DNA of 35,058 nucleotides from Gemmatimonadaceae bacterium (GCA_025356185.1 JANXUN010000242.1:1-35058), one strand, 5' to 3'. Positions 18,094 to 27,790 are shown, counted from the stretch's first letter. A program made the numbers and translations. The notes: generated from the letters alone by a model not told the origin.

Positions 18094-19125
18094 TTACCAC
18101 GTGGCGAAGTCGCGGTGCACGCGTTCCCACATCCGCGACTGTTGGGAACAGGTGATCGCATCGAGAACGGCCATGTTCGCAATGGCATCGTTGATGCCGA
18201 CAGCAACCGCTCGCTCGCCCCGTACGGCTCTCACAAACTGCTCCGCCTGCTCGCGATATTGGTCCACGAGCGGCAATTCAATCGTCACGATTCCTCCGCG
18301 CGCGAGATCGCGTCCATGGTCGATGGTGATCTGACAGTGGTGCGTGATTGGTGCGTTGAATGGCACGTCAACACCAATGCGGCCACGCGTGCCGAACAGC
18401 TGCATGGATTGATGAAGCACCAATTGTCCGCCGACGGTGAACGTCGCCTGTCCAGTCGGAAAATTCATGATCACGGACGCCAAGCGATCGACACGGAGCT
18501 TCGGATCAACCTCGACGAGCGCGACCACCTCAACCGGCTCAGCGCGGAACAACGTACGCGCTATGGTAATGGGATAGCAGCCAATGTCGAGCAGTGCGCC
18601 GCCGCCCCACTCGGGGTGGCTGCGCACATTGTTTGGGTCATCATGGAAATAACTAAAGTGTCCGTGTATCGCACGAAGCTCACCGATGGTGCCGTCATCA
18701 ACGAGCGATTGCACACGCTCCCACTGCGGGTGAGTGCGCACCATGAACGCTTCGCCGACAACGAGTGACGTGCCTTGTTGCGCGTCGCGAATGAGACGTG
18801 CTTCGCTGGCCGATAGGGCGATCGGCTTTTCGCACAGCACGTGCTTGCCTGCCGCGAGTGCGCGTACGGTCCAGGGCACGTGCAGATGATTCGGCAGTGG
18901 GATGTATACGGCGTCAACGGTGGGATCGCTCAATACGTCCTCATACGATCCGAATGCCCGTACAATGCCGCACTCCGACGCAGCGCGTTGCGCCTTAGCA
19001 AGCGCGCGCGAACCGATGGCTACGACAGTGCTGGAGCGACTGCGTTGCATCGCGGGGATGACGTGCGTGACGGCGATTTTGGCCGCGCCAAGCACTCCCC
19101 ATCGCAACGTCTCGCGAGACGTCAT
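18094..19125 (-). CDS. Gfo/Idh/MocA family oxidoreductase (sugar dehydrogenase-like)
   Basis: LRWGVLGAAKIA, VYIPLPNHLH, GKHVLCEKP and GGGALLDIGCY. Confidence 0.92.
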   Translation of the reverse strand: MTSRETLRWGVLGAAKIAVTHVIPAMQRSRSSTVVAIGSRALAKAQRAASECGIVRAFGSYEDVLSDPTVDAVYIPLPNHLHVPWTVRALAAGKHVLCEKPIALSASEARLIRDAQQGTSLVVGEAFMVRTHPQWERVQSLVDDGTIGELRAIHGHFSYFHDDPNNVRSHPEWGGGALLDIGCYPITIARTLFRAEPVEVVALVEVDPKLRVDRLASVIMNFPTGQATFTVGGQLVLHQSMQLFGTRGRIGVDVPFNAPITHHCQITIDHGRDLARGGIVTIELPLVDQYREQAEQFVRAVRGERAVAVGINDAIANMAVLDAITCSQQSRMWERVHRDFATW

Positions 19126-19201
19126 TTCGTGACCCGTGTTGATGCATCAAGGCCCGGCCGAGGCGACGGTATGCGTCGTCCATCGATGTGTGTGCAATGC
19201 A

Positions 19202-20704
19202 TCATCGTGAGCGCAACGCGGAATATGCCGACCGGTACCGCGCATACGCCTGATCGTAGTGGGCGTGCATGCCCGGTGTTGGCGTGTATGTCGGCGTGCG
19301 CGTGAGCGTCGCGCGCGTCGCCGAGATGATGTCGGGAAACACACCGGCACCCACGGCCGCAAGCAGTGCGGCGCCATACGCGGGACCCTCGTCCCGCTGC
19401 ACCGTGGTGACCGGAACTCCGTAAATCTCCGCCTGCAGTCGGCGTACCAGCTCGCTGCGCGCACCACCCCCAGTCAGTAACAGACTGTCGGGATGCAATC
19501 CCAGTTCGCGCAAAATTTCAAAGGAATCACGCAGGGCAAAGCAGACGCCTTCCAGCACAGCGCGAGTTAAGTGCGCTCGCGAGTGCGCGAGACTGAGTCC
19601 CAAAAACGCGCCGCGCGCCGACGCATCGCGATGCGGTGTGCGCTCACCGTGCAAGTATGGCAAAAACGTCACGCCATCAGCGCCCGGAGTAATCTGTGCA
19701 GCCTCCGCGTCAAGCTGTGCATCAAGCGATAGTCCAAGCGAATCGTTATGAATGCGCGCGCGCGCGAATTGATCGCGATACCACGAGAACGCCCCCCCTG
19801 CGGACAAGACCACACCCATCACATACCAGGTATTCGGGGCGACGTGACAAAACGTGTGCGCGCGCAATGCAGGGTCTACAAGCGGTTGCGACGTGGGCGC
19901 GAGCACGGTGCCCGAGGTACCCCAACTCACCACCGCCTCTCCGGGTGACAGCACACCCACCCCTGCGGCGCCGCACGCGTTGTCTGCGCCGCCGCCCACG
20001 ACGGGCGTACCCTGCGGCAACCCGGTGAGCTTTGCAGCGTGTACCGAAACTCGACCTAAAATTTCGGCAGAGCCACCCACCTCAGGCAGCAACGAGGTTG
20101 ACAGGTTCACGGCGCGCAGCAGCCGACTACTCCATCGCATGTGCGCGGGATCAAACATCAATGTTCCCGATGCGTCAGAAGGTTCTGTCGCAATCGTGTC
20201 GGTCAGTCGCAACCGAATAAAGTCTTTCGCCAGCAATACCTTCGACAATCGCGCGAACGCAGTCGGCTCATGCGTGCGAAGCCACAAAATCTTTGGTAGC
20301 GTAAACCCTTCGAGCGCCGGATTGCGCACCCACTCGCGCAAATTCGCCTCGCCGCCCGCTCGCGCGGTAATTTCTTCGCATTCTGCGGTAGTTCGGCCAT
20401 CGCACCACAACAGTGCGGGACGAATAACTTGCGCGTTGGCGTCGAGAAACACTGACGAGTGCATCTGTCCTGAAATACCGACTGCGCGCACATCGGCCTC
20501 TGGTCGTTTCGCCAACACATCGCGAATCGCCGAGGTCGCAGCCTCCCACCAATCGTCGGGATGCTGTTCAGCCCAGCCGGGTCGCGGTGTTGATAACGTT
20601 AGCGGTGCGCTTGCCGACGCGTTGACCGAGCCATCTGTGTGCACAAGAACCGCCTTGACGGCACTGGTCCCGATGTCCAAGCCGAGAAGCAGTTCAATGC
20701 GCAT
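19202..20704 (-). CDS. xylB: Xylulokinase (FGGY family)
   Basis: LGLDIGTSAVK, GISGQMHS, LWCDGRT, SDASGT, GGGADN, FLPYLHGERTP and GGGARS. ATG at 20704 has GGAG upstream. Confidence 0.93.
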   Translation of the reverse strand: MRIELLLGLDIGTSAVKAVLVHTDGSVNASASAPLTLSTPRPGWAEQHPDDWWEAATSAIRDVLAKRPEADVRAVGISGQMHSSVFLDANAQVIRPALLWCDGRTTAECEEITARAGGEANLREWVRNPALEGFTLPKILWLRTHEPTAFARLSKVLLAKDFIRLRLTDTIATEPSDASGTLMFDPAHMRWSSRLLRAVNLSTSLLPEVGGSAEILGRVSVHAAKLTGLPQGTPVVGGGADNACGAAGVGVLSPGEAVVSWGTSGTVLAPTSQPLVDPALRAHTFCHVAPNTWYVMGVVLSAGGAFSWYRDQFARARIHNDSLGLSLDAQLDAEAAQITPGADGVTFLPYLHGERTPHRDASARGAFLGLSLAHSRAHLTRAVLEGVCFALRDSFEILRELGLHPDSLLLTGGGARSELVRRLQAEIYGVPVTTVQRDEGPAYGAALLAAVGAGVFPDIISATRATLTRTPTYTPTPGMHAHYDQAYARYRSAYSALRSR

Positions 20705-20709
20705 GCGTA

Positions 20710-20766
20710 TCGCACTCCAAGCAACAGCGCATCGGTAGCTCGTAACCACCGTCAGCGGTGCGCGAG
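20710..20766 (-). pseudogene. Possible 3' remnant of xylose isomerase (xylA)
   Basis: Across two frameshifts it reads LAHR / GGYE / TDALLLGVR, resembling the C-terminus of class I XylA (…RGY.YERLDQL…LLGVR). It sits exactly where xylA usually precedes xylB. Confidence 0.35.
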
Positions 20767-20824
20767 GTATCGCGGCGCGTGCAGCTTCCACTCATCGATT
20801 GAGCCGCAACGTGCAAAATTGCGC

Positions 20825-21510
20825 TCATGCGTTCCCGGCCGCTGTCGTGCCACGCACAACCAGCGTCGGCGGTATGAGGACGTGACGCGCTGTCGCACGT
20901 TCACGGCCCACGCGTTCGAGTAATAACGATACTGCGGTGCGTCCCATGGCAAGCCGCGGTTGATCCACGGTTGTGAGATTGATCTGTGGAACGGCCGCGA
21001 ACGCCGTGTTGTCATAGCGCACGACCGACGCGTCTTGCGGAACACGGAGGCCGCGTCCAGCGATTGCACTCAGCGCGCCAATCGCGGCGTGGCCATCAAT
21101 GTGCGCGATTTTTCGGTGACCCAATGCAACGAGATGATCGATGACCAATCGCGCCCCGTTGAGATCATCGTTGGCGACGCTGTCGATCGTGGTCAGGCGT
21201 GATCGACGTGCCACCAACACGAGCGGCACTTCGGCGACACCCGCGCACATGGTGGAAATGTCACGCATCGGGGCCGCGAGAATGAGTCCGTCGACGCGCA
21301 GCTCGAGCAGAATGTTCAGCGAGCGACGCGCAGACAGTGCTTGATGACCGATCACACTTATCACAGCATCGTACCCCTGTCGGTCGGCTTCTTCCTGCAC
21401 GCCATCGATGATGGTGGGACGTAGACTGGTCTTCACGGCCACGGTGGATTTCGAGCGCGACTGGGACGGATCATCTGCAAGCAGGTGGGAGTTCAATGTA
21501 CGACGGCGCG
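20825..21510 (-). pseudogene. Degenerate LacI/GalR family regulator (no HTH, internal deletion)
   Basis: LacI core motifs are present (IIDGVQEEA, RVDGLIL, DSVANDD..GA..VIDHLVALGHRKIAHI, GLRVPQD.SVV.YDN, LTTVDQP..MG..AV, PTLVVRGTT). IAHIDG runs straight into HAAIGAL, dropping the R..G(Y/F)…PTAIF..ND block, and the N-terminal HTH is unrecognisable. Confidence 0.78.
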
Positions 21511-21684
21511 AGTACGGGAGCGAAGGGGGTGGGCTATGGGGAAGCCTGATTTCGCATGTTGAGAAAACGGCGACACGAGGACCATACCTACCCGAGATGT
21601 GGATCGACTGACGCTGCGCAGCACGAAAGTTGCCACAGGTTTTCTCAGGACGATGTTTCAACTATCCGCTTTCTCGGCGGGGGA

Positions 21685-22424
21685 TTGAGCACGCCAGTGT
21701 TGCGCGGCGACTCGTCGCGAACGTTCCGCGAGCACTTCGAGATTGCAGTCGACGGTCGTGCTGTTGACCGCATTCTGCTACGGAACGCGTCTGGAGCAGC
21801 GATTGAATTTCTCACGCTCGGCGGACTCGTACGCAGTCTGCGAGTTCCGGATCGCGACGGCGTTCTTGCGGATGTCGTGTTGGGCTTTGATACGGTGGCG
21901 GAATACCAGCGCGGTGCGCTGAACACGGGCGCGTTGATTGGGCGCTACGCGAATCGCATCGCAGGCGGCGTGATTCATGTCGATAGCGTGCCGTATGTGC
22001 TCGCGACGAATGCAGGCGCCAACACGTTGCACGGCGGACCGTCCGGGTTTCACAACGCGCATTGGGATGTCGAGTTGCGCGACGATGATGATCGTGCGGG
22101 CGCAGAGTGAACGGATATGATCACAACTATGAGCTGCCAACGGTTGGCTCGCTGGAAAAGGCTGCGCGACTGCATCATGCGGCCAGCGGCCGCACGATTG
22201 CGATTTACACGACAGAGCCGGCAATTCAGCTGTTTACCGGTAATACGCTACACGAATCGATCATTGGGAACGGCGGCATTGCGATGCCGATTCATGCAGG
22301 CGTTGCGCTCGAAACGCAGCAATTTCCCGACGCACCTAATAATTCAAATTTTCCATCGGCGATCATCCGACCCGGTGCGGCGTATGTCTCGCGCACCGAG
22401 TACCGCTTTGCTGTCGACGGCTAA
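21685..22424 (+). pseudogene. galM: Aldose 1-epimerase (mutarotase) pseudogene, internal deletion plus frameshift
   Basis: The N-part (DVVLGFD, IGRYANRIAGG, TLHGGPSGF) stops at 22110. The C-part (GYDHNY, TTEPAIQLFTGN, LETQQFPDAPN) is in another frame from about 22107. The middle GEEGFPG…NLTNHSYFN block is missing. The start is approximate. Confidence 0.85.
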
Positions 22425-22425
22425 C

Positions 22426-22552
22426 AAAGAAACTGACTGACACCGATGACACGGAAACGGCACGGATGAACACGGATTAAACAAAAACGTTTTGTAGTAT
22501 CCGTGTTGATCAGCGCTGTTAATCCGTGTCATCCGTGTCAGTCAGTTTCTTT
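22426..22552. repeat. 127-bp palindromic element with 30-bp terminal inverted repeats and internal CACGGA/TCCGTG units (REP/MITE-like; may also act as a bidirectional terminator)
   Basis: 22426-22455 matches the reverse complement of 22523-22552 at 29/30. There is an inner IR, AACACGGAT (22469-77) / ATCCGTGTT (22499-507). The element lies between convergent stops. Confidence 0.88.
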
Positions 22553-22555
22553 TGC

Positions 22556-25500
22556 TCACTTTGCTGCGTTCACACGACCCGCGTTCAGATTGTCGAAGTT
22601 CATGATCGTGTTGAAGACCAAGAAATACGATCCAACCGTGCTACCGCGATACACCGGATTGTTCGCGAACATCACCACGTGCCCCTTGTCAAATGGCGCG
22701 TCAACGACAACGGGACGTTGTGCGATCGTGGCGCCGCCGTCCAACAGTCCCGACACCAACAGCTGACCTTGATCGGCGAAGCGTAACGGCACGCGCGGAC
22801 GCTGATCAGGTGGAATGATGTTGAGCGGATTGCGCAATTGATCGTCGTTTGGCACGGCAACTTGCCACGGCGACACGGGTGCCGGCGTCGGCAACGTATC
22901 GGCGTGACCGACCGTCGTAAGCGGACGACCTTGCACCACGTCAACGTCGTCGGCAGTTCCACGACCCGTGGCGCGCTGACCTCCACCGCCACCTCCGCCA
23001 CCAAATCCACCGCCGCCCCCGCCACGACCACCGCGCGAATTGCTTACGCCAAGAGCCATGCCGTCGGCACTGTACACCGCCAAATTGTCGATCACGCCGT
23101 AGACAATGGGGCTCGCGTCATCAACCAACCGCGTGCGCAGCAAGGTGCCGGTAACAACGCGTGTCGTCGGCGTGCTAGAACTGACGCCGTTCGCCATACC
23201 AAACTGAATCGCAAACTCGACGGTGTTTTCCGACGTGATGATCACGCCACCATTGCTGACAAACGACTGCAATTTGGCAAGTCCGTCCCAGCCTAATCCC
23301 GGTCGCATGTCATCCGTTTGCGCGTACGTGCCGATGTTCGGTGTTTCCGGCGTGTTCTTCCACGGAATCGGATTGCGCCACTGCGGCATGCCTTGAACGA
23401 TCGACAACGGATTGCCGCTGCCCGGTGCCATGATGAGCACATCGTACTTCGCGCGCACGTCAGCGATTTTCGGGATGTCCTGAAAGCTAATGTAGTCGAA
23501 CGGCACCTTGAGCTGATCAAACGCGTAGCGCCACCATCCTTCCGTTTGCGTGCTGCTCCAGCTGTGCACCATCGCCACGCGCGCGGCGCGCAGCGGATGC
23601 ATCTTCACACTCGGCGCGCTCGCGACCGCGATAGCGCTCAGGCCCAACTCTTTCGTCGCCTTGTCGAGCGCATCGCGCGTAACACCGCGCACGACGAATG
23701 AACCGCGATTGAATTTCTTGCCGCCGGCGTCAAATGATTCTTCGCTCGCTTGAAAGTCCGCGTCTTTGAATTGATAACGAAGTGTAGCCAGCGCGTTGTC
23801 AGCGTTGTGATTGAGAACGAACACGCTACCGTCGCCGCTCACACCGCCTGCTGCCACGACGGACCCAGTCACGCGCGTCATTGGCGCCTTGAGTACGGTG
23901 GTGTCGACCACGCGAATCGCTTGCACACCGAAGCCTTCAGGGAATGTCCATCCCGTATCGTCGTACGGCGTCTTTTGTGGATCGTTCGGACTCCAGAACT
24001 GATAGTCCAACAGGGCGTCCGCAATGCGCGAGTACGGCTGATCCATGCGCACGATGTACGAGCCAGCAGGAAATTTCCGCTCTTCTGTTGTTGGTCCGGG
24101 CGCGGGACGCGCAGCGTCAGCGGCCGCGGGCGGAGCATTCGCACCAGCGCCGCCGCCACCTCCAGCGCCCGCACCGCCACGACCGCCCGCTCCGCGTCCG
24201 CCCGCTGCGCCGCCACCGGCTGCCGCAGCTCGGCGCACTGGCAACGTCACGCTAAACTCTGCCGTCGCGCGTGAGATTTCGACGCCCTGCATTTGCAGAA
24301 CGCGCAGCAATTCTGCTTGCGTGCCGAGTCGTGTATCCGAGGCAGGCAATACATACGCCGCCGGTCCTTCGGTGTGCGCCTTGGCGATTGAGCGTTTCGA
24401 CTTCTCGTAGAAATTGCGCAACAGTTGCACACGCGTATTCGCGGTGTAACTCAGCGAGACCAGCAATCCAGTCTGCTCGTAGTTGTTGTTGTTGCGCAGC
24501 GACCACTTGAAGCGGCCGGTGATCGGCGGATTCTGTCGATACCATGTGCGCGCCGTCTCATTCGCCGACAGCTGGCGTTCAACGGTTTCCGCGGTGCCGC
24601 CATTACCGAATGTTTCGTACAATCGACTGATGCCGTTGTGCGTCGCCGCGATGAACATCAGATAGCCTGGCGACCACGTGTCAAAGTTGCCGAACGCGAA
24701 AACGCCCGGCATTCCTAACCGCGTCATCTCCTGCACGTTGTTCCAGCCAACCATCTGCCATTCGTTCGTCAGCAGCGGATCAAGCCACGCATTGTACGGT
24801 CCGTCGCCGATCGTGTTGTCATACAAAAACGATCCTGACTCATGCAGATCGTGCAGCACCTGCGCCTTCCAACCCACGTACGTGTTCAACACATTCTGCG
24901 TGAGTTTGAGCGTCATGCCCATCGCGTCGCGATTGTTATCGTGCGCGACGTACTTGCCCCAGTAAATCACGTTTGGGGGAGTCTGCCCGGGGTGCGCCAT
25001 CTTCCACTTGAACACGTCCACCACGCGATCACGTCCGTCGACTTCAACAATCGGCGTAATGAGCGTGATGACATGATCACGAATGTTTTTCACGTACGGG
25101 CTTTCGTCCACCGCCAGCCGATACGCCAGCTCCATGAGCGCGGTTGGCGCGCCAGCTTCGGTCGAGTGAATCGTGCCGGTCACGTAATAGACTGGCGTGG
25201 CGGAGTGCGCGAGCTCGTCAGCAATCTTGTCGTCGAAACCGATCGTGCGCGGGTCGGCCAGCTTCGCGAGCTTTGCTTTGTTCTCGTCGAGCTTCGCCAA
25301 CAGCGCCTCGGACGCGACCGCGACCGCGATCATCTCGCGCCCCTCTTCGGTCGTGCCAATCGAAAACACTTTCACGCGCGGCGACGACTTCTCAAGCAAG
25401 CGCATGTACTCGTACACTTCCTTCGAATACGGCAGCTTGTTCGGCGCGCCAGCGATGTCGCCTAACACTGCGGTGGGCGTCGGCACACCTTTCGCGGCCG

Positions 25501-25735
25501 GCATGTAATCGACGAGCGACGACAGAAAAAACGGCTCGGTCGTATACTCTTTAATCTTTTTCGTGTAGGCCGAATCAATCGGTTGACTGGGATTGCGTCC
25601 CGGTTTTGCCGTCGAAATCGTCGCTTGCGCCGAGCTCGTTGTTGGAGCTACCGCCAGCCCAAGGGAAGCGGTGGCGACGCAGAACAGGCGAACGCCGCGC
25701 AGGGCGTGGATACGTACAGGGGAGAAACGCCGCAT
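22556..25735 (-). CDS. Large secreted M14 family zinc carboxypeptidase-like protein
   Basis: Signal peptide, IGTTEEGREM, Zn motif IHSTE, DNNRD and HDLHE, with two Gly-rich linkers. RBS GAGGT. Confidence 0.88.
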   Translation of the reverse strand: MRRFSPVRIHALRGVRLFCVATASLGLAVAPTTSSAQATISTAKPGRNPSQPIDSAYTKKIKEYTTEPFFLSSLVDYMPAAKGVPTPTAVLGDIAGAPNKLPYSKEVYEYMRLLEKSSPRVKVFSIGTTEEGREMIAVAVASEALLAKLDENKAKLAKLADPRTIGFDDKIADELAHSATPVYYVTGTIHSTEAGAPTALMELAYRLAVDESPYVKNIRDHVITLITPIVEVDGRDRVVDVFKWKMAHPGQTPPNVIYWGKYVAHDNNRDAMGMTLKLTQNVLNTYVGWKAQVLHDLHESGSFLYDNTIGDGPYNAWLDPLLTNEWQMVGWNNVQEMTRLGMPGVFAFGNFDTWSPGYLMFIAATHNGISRLYETFGNGGTAETVERQLSANETARTWYRQNPPITGRFKWSLRNNNNYEQTGLLVSLSYTANTRVQLLRNFYEKSKRSIAKAHTEGPAAYVLPASDTRLGTQAELLRVLQMQGVEISRATAEFSVTLPVRRAAAAGGGAAGGRGAGGRGGAGAGGGGGAGANAPPAAADAARPAPGPTTEERKFPAGSYIVRMDQPYSRIADALLDYQFWSPNDPQKTPYDDTGWTFPEGFGVQAIRVVDTTVLKAPMTRVTGSVVAAGGVSGDGSVFVLNHNADNALATLRYQFKDADFQASEESFDAGGKKFNRGSFVVRGVTRDALDKATKELGLSAIAVASAPSVKMHPLRAARVAMVHSWSSTQTEGWWRYAFDQLKVPFDYISFQDIPKIADVRAKYDVLIMAPGSGNPLSIVQGMPQWRNPIPWKNTPETPNIGTYAQTDDMRPGLGWDGLAKLQSFVSNGGVIITSENTVEFAIQFGMANGVSSSTPTTRVVTGTLLRTRLVDDASPIVYGVIDNLAVYSADGMALGVSNSRGGRGGGGGGFGGGGGGGGQRATGRGTADDVDVVQGRPLTTVGHADTLPTPAPVSPWQVAVPNDDQLRNPLNIIPPDQRPRVPLRFADQGQLLVSGLLDGGATIAQRPVVVDAPFDKGHVVMFANNPVYRGSTVGSYFLVFNTIMNFDNLNAGRVNAAK

Positions 25736-25847
25736 TGATACCTCGAAAGGGGGCTAGGAACGCGCTGCGATAAATTACCGGACCAGCCCGAGGGGCGCTT
25801 CCCCCGCCGCGGCTCTCGTCCGATCGCTTTTTCCACTTTTCCGCCAC

Positions 25848-26834
25848 ATGCGTCAGACTTTTCGGCTCGGTGTGATTGGCACGATGGTGTGCGACGTCAT
25901 CCACGCAGCGCCTCCGTCGACAGAGTTCTCGGAGGGGTGGGGCGGCGTCACCTACGCGCTGTGTGGGCTGGACGCAGCGCTGAGCGTTGACTGGCAGATC
26001 GTACCGCTTATCAAAGTCGGTGCCGATGTCTCGGCCGACGCACGCGCTTGGGTGGCTGAGCTGACGCGGATTTCGCCCGATCACCAGCTTGTCGAAGTGC
26101 CGGAGCTCAACAATCGCTCAGAGTTGCGCTATGTGTCCAAGCACGAGCGCGCCGAACGTATGAGCGGCGGAGTACCCGCATGGGAGTGGAACGAGCTGCG
26201 CCCGACGCTCGACGCTGCGCGGCTCGACGCACTGTACGTGAATTTCTTAAGCGGCTGGGAAGTGAGTCTGTCCACCATGCAACAGCTTCGCACGTGGTTT
26301 GACGGGCCGATTTACGTCGATCTGCATATGATGCTCTGGCAAACTGCCGGAGATGGCACGCGCACGTTACGAGGCCTCGACGACGCGCACGCATGGTACG
26401 CGTGTTGCGACTTTATCCAAGTCAACGAAGACGAAATGCGCACGCTGGCCAACAGCCCCGAGTCGCTGGCCCAAGAAGCGCTCCGTGCAGGCTCGCTTGG
26501 CACCTTCGTGACGCGCGGCGCACTCGGCGTGAGCTATCATGTCGCCGAAGGGTTTCATGCGTTGGCCGATCGCGATGCGATTCGTCGTAGTCGCTCGAGC
26601 GAAGCGCCCCGCATTAAGAGCGGCGAGCAACTCCCGAGCGCGCTCGACGCGTACACGCACATCGATCCAACCGGTTGCGGCGACGTCTGGGGCGGCACGA
26701 TGTTCTCACGGCTGCTCGCAGGAGATGCGCTCGTGGTCGCGCTCACCCACGCAAATCGTGCGGCCGGCGTTAATGCAATCTCTGACGGTGTCGAAGGACT
26801 AGTGGAACGCATTCGCTTCGCCCGCGCATTGTGA
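25848..26834 (+). CDS. PfkB/ribokinase family carbohydrate kinase
   Basis: GWGGVTY, IQVNEDE, VTRGALG and the PfkB C-terminal signature DPTGCGDVWGG. Confidence 0.85.
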   Translation: MRQTFRLGVIGTMVCDVIHAAPPSTEFSEGWGGVTYALCGLDAALSVDWQIVPLIKVGADVSADARAWVAELTRISPDHQLVEVPELNNRSELRYVSKHERAERMSGGVPAWEWNELRPTLDAARLDALYVNFLSGWEVSLSTMQQLRTWFDGPIYVDLHMMLWQTAGDGTRTLRGLDDAHAWYACCDFIQVNEDEMRTLANSPESLAQEALRAGSLGTFVTRGALGVSYHVAEGFHALADRDAIRRSRSSEAPRIKSGEQLPSALDAYTHIDPTGCGDVWGGTMFSRLLAGDALVVALTHANRAAGVNAISDGVEGLVERIRFARAL

Positions 26835-27790
26835 TCGCGCACCTGGTGCGCCGGCGCGAATTCGGAATTCTCATCGGATTGCTGCTTCTTTCGGTGGCGC
26901 TGTGGATTGCGTCACCGTATTTCGCGACACTCGACAATTTGCGAAATGTCGCTGAACAGAGCGCCACGATTGGCGTAATCGCCATCGGCATGACATTCGT
27001 CATTCTGTCGGGCGGTATCGACTTGTCTGTCGGCTCCGTCGTCGCGCTGTGCTGCGTTTCAGCGGCGATGGCAATCACGCGAGGCGTGCCGATTGCCCTA
27101 GCGATGGTCGTGGGAGTGCTGGTCGGCGTCATCGCTGGAACCATGAACGGTGTGCTCATCACATTCGGCCGACTGCCGCCGTTTATTGCCACGCTCGGCA
27201 TGATGAGTGTCGCGCGCGGCGGCGCACTGATGCTCTCGGACGGTCGGCCGATCTCCGGTTTTCCCGATGCGTTCCGGGCACTGGCGGTGAACAACGTCGC
27301 GGGGGTTCCATCGCCCGTAATGATCATGCTCGCGCTGTACGTCGTCGCGCACCTTGTCCTCACACGCACTGTATTGGGACGCTATACGTATGCGATTGGC
27401 GGCAATGAAGTTGCGTCCGCGATGTCTGGCGTAAACGTCTACGCGTACAAAATTCTCGTGTACGCGATTGCCGGAGCGAGCGCTGCCCTTTGCGCGATGC
27501 TGCTCATGGCGCGACTCAATTCTGCGCAGCCCATCGCAGGCATCGGATACGAACTCGATGCCATTGCCGCCGTGGTTATCGGTGGCACAAGTCTGCTTGG
27601 CGGATCGGGATCGGTTGTCGGCACGCTGCTGGGCACGCTCATTATGAGTGTGCTCCGCAACGGACTCAACTTGCTCGGCGTTTCCTCGTACGTGCAGCAA
27701 ATTGCCATTGGTGTGGTTATCGTCATCGCCGTGCTCGTCGACATGGCGCTGCACCGTCGCACACAACGTTCAACCGCATTTTCAACATGA
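26831..27790 (+). CDS. Monosaccharide ABC transporter permease (RbsC-like, CUT2)
   Basis: IGMTFVILSGGIDLSVGS, PPFIATLG, YAIGGNE and ELDAIAAVVIGGTSL. GTGA overlap with the kinase gene. Confidence 0.94.
   Translation: MIAHLVRRREFGILIGLLLLSVALWIASPYFATLDNLRNVAEQSATIGVIAIGMTFVILSGGIDLSVGSVVALCCVSAAMAITRGVPIALAMVVGVLVGVIAGTMNGVLITFGRLPPFIATLGMMSVARGGALMLSDGRPISGFPDAFRALAVNNVAGVPSPVMIMLALYVVAHLVLTRTVLGRYTYAIGGNEVASAMSGVNVYAYKILVYAIAGASAALCAMLLMARLNSAQPIAGIGYELDAIAAVVIGGTSLLGGSGSVVGTLLGTLIMSVLRNGLNLLGVSSYVQQIAIGVVIVIAVLVDMALHRRTQRSTAFST

Noticed and set aside
22100-22115. Programmed frameshift, Sec readthrough or genuine two-subunit GalM
   Set aside because: No slippery site is evident, and the conserved catalytic middle segment is absent altogether, so recoding could not restore function.
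22426-22552. CRISPR array interpretation of the short repeats
   Set aside because: The units are 6-10 bp, inverted about a centre, have no unique spacers of about 30 bp, and there are no cas genes.
22344-22786. Short ORFs with CxxC-like motifs (NPCHPCQ, PCHRCQ)
   Set aside because: These are translation by-products of the palindromic repeat, overlapping or antisense to real genes.
27490-27786. N-terminal extensions in the ORF track (also 4592, 7033, 8577, 20791, 29833)
   Set aside because: They overlap upstream genes or precede the signal peptide or first motif. The downstream starts fit an RBS or ATGA coupling better.
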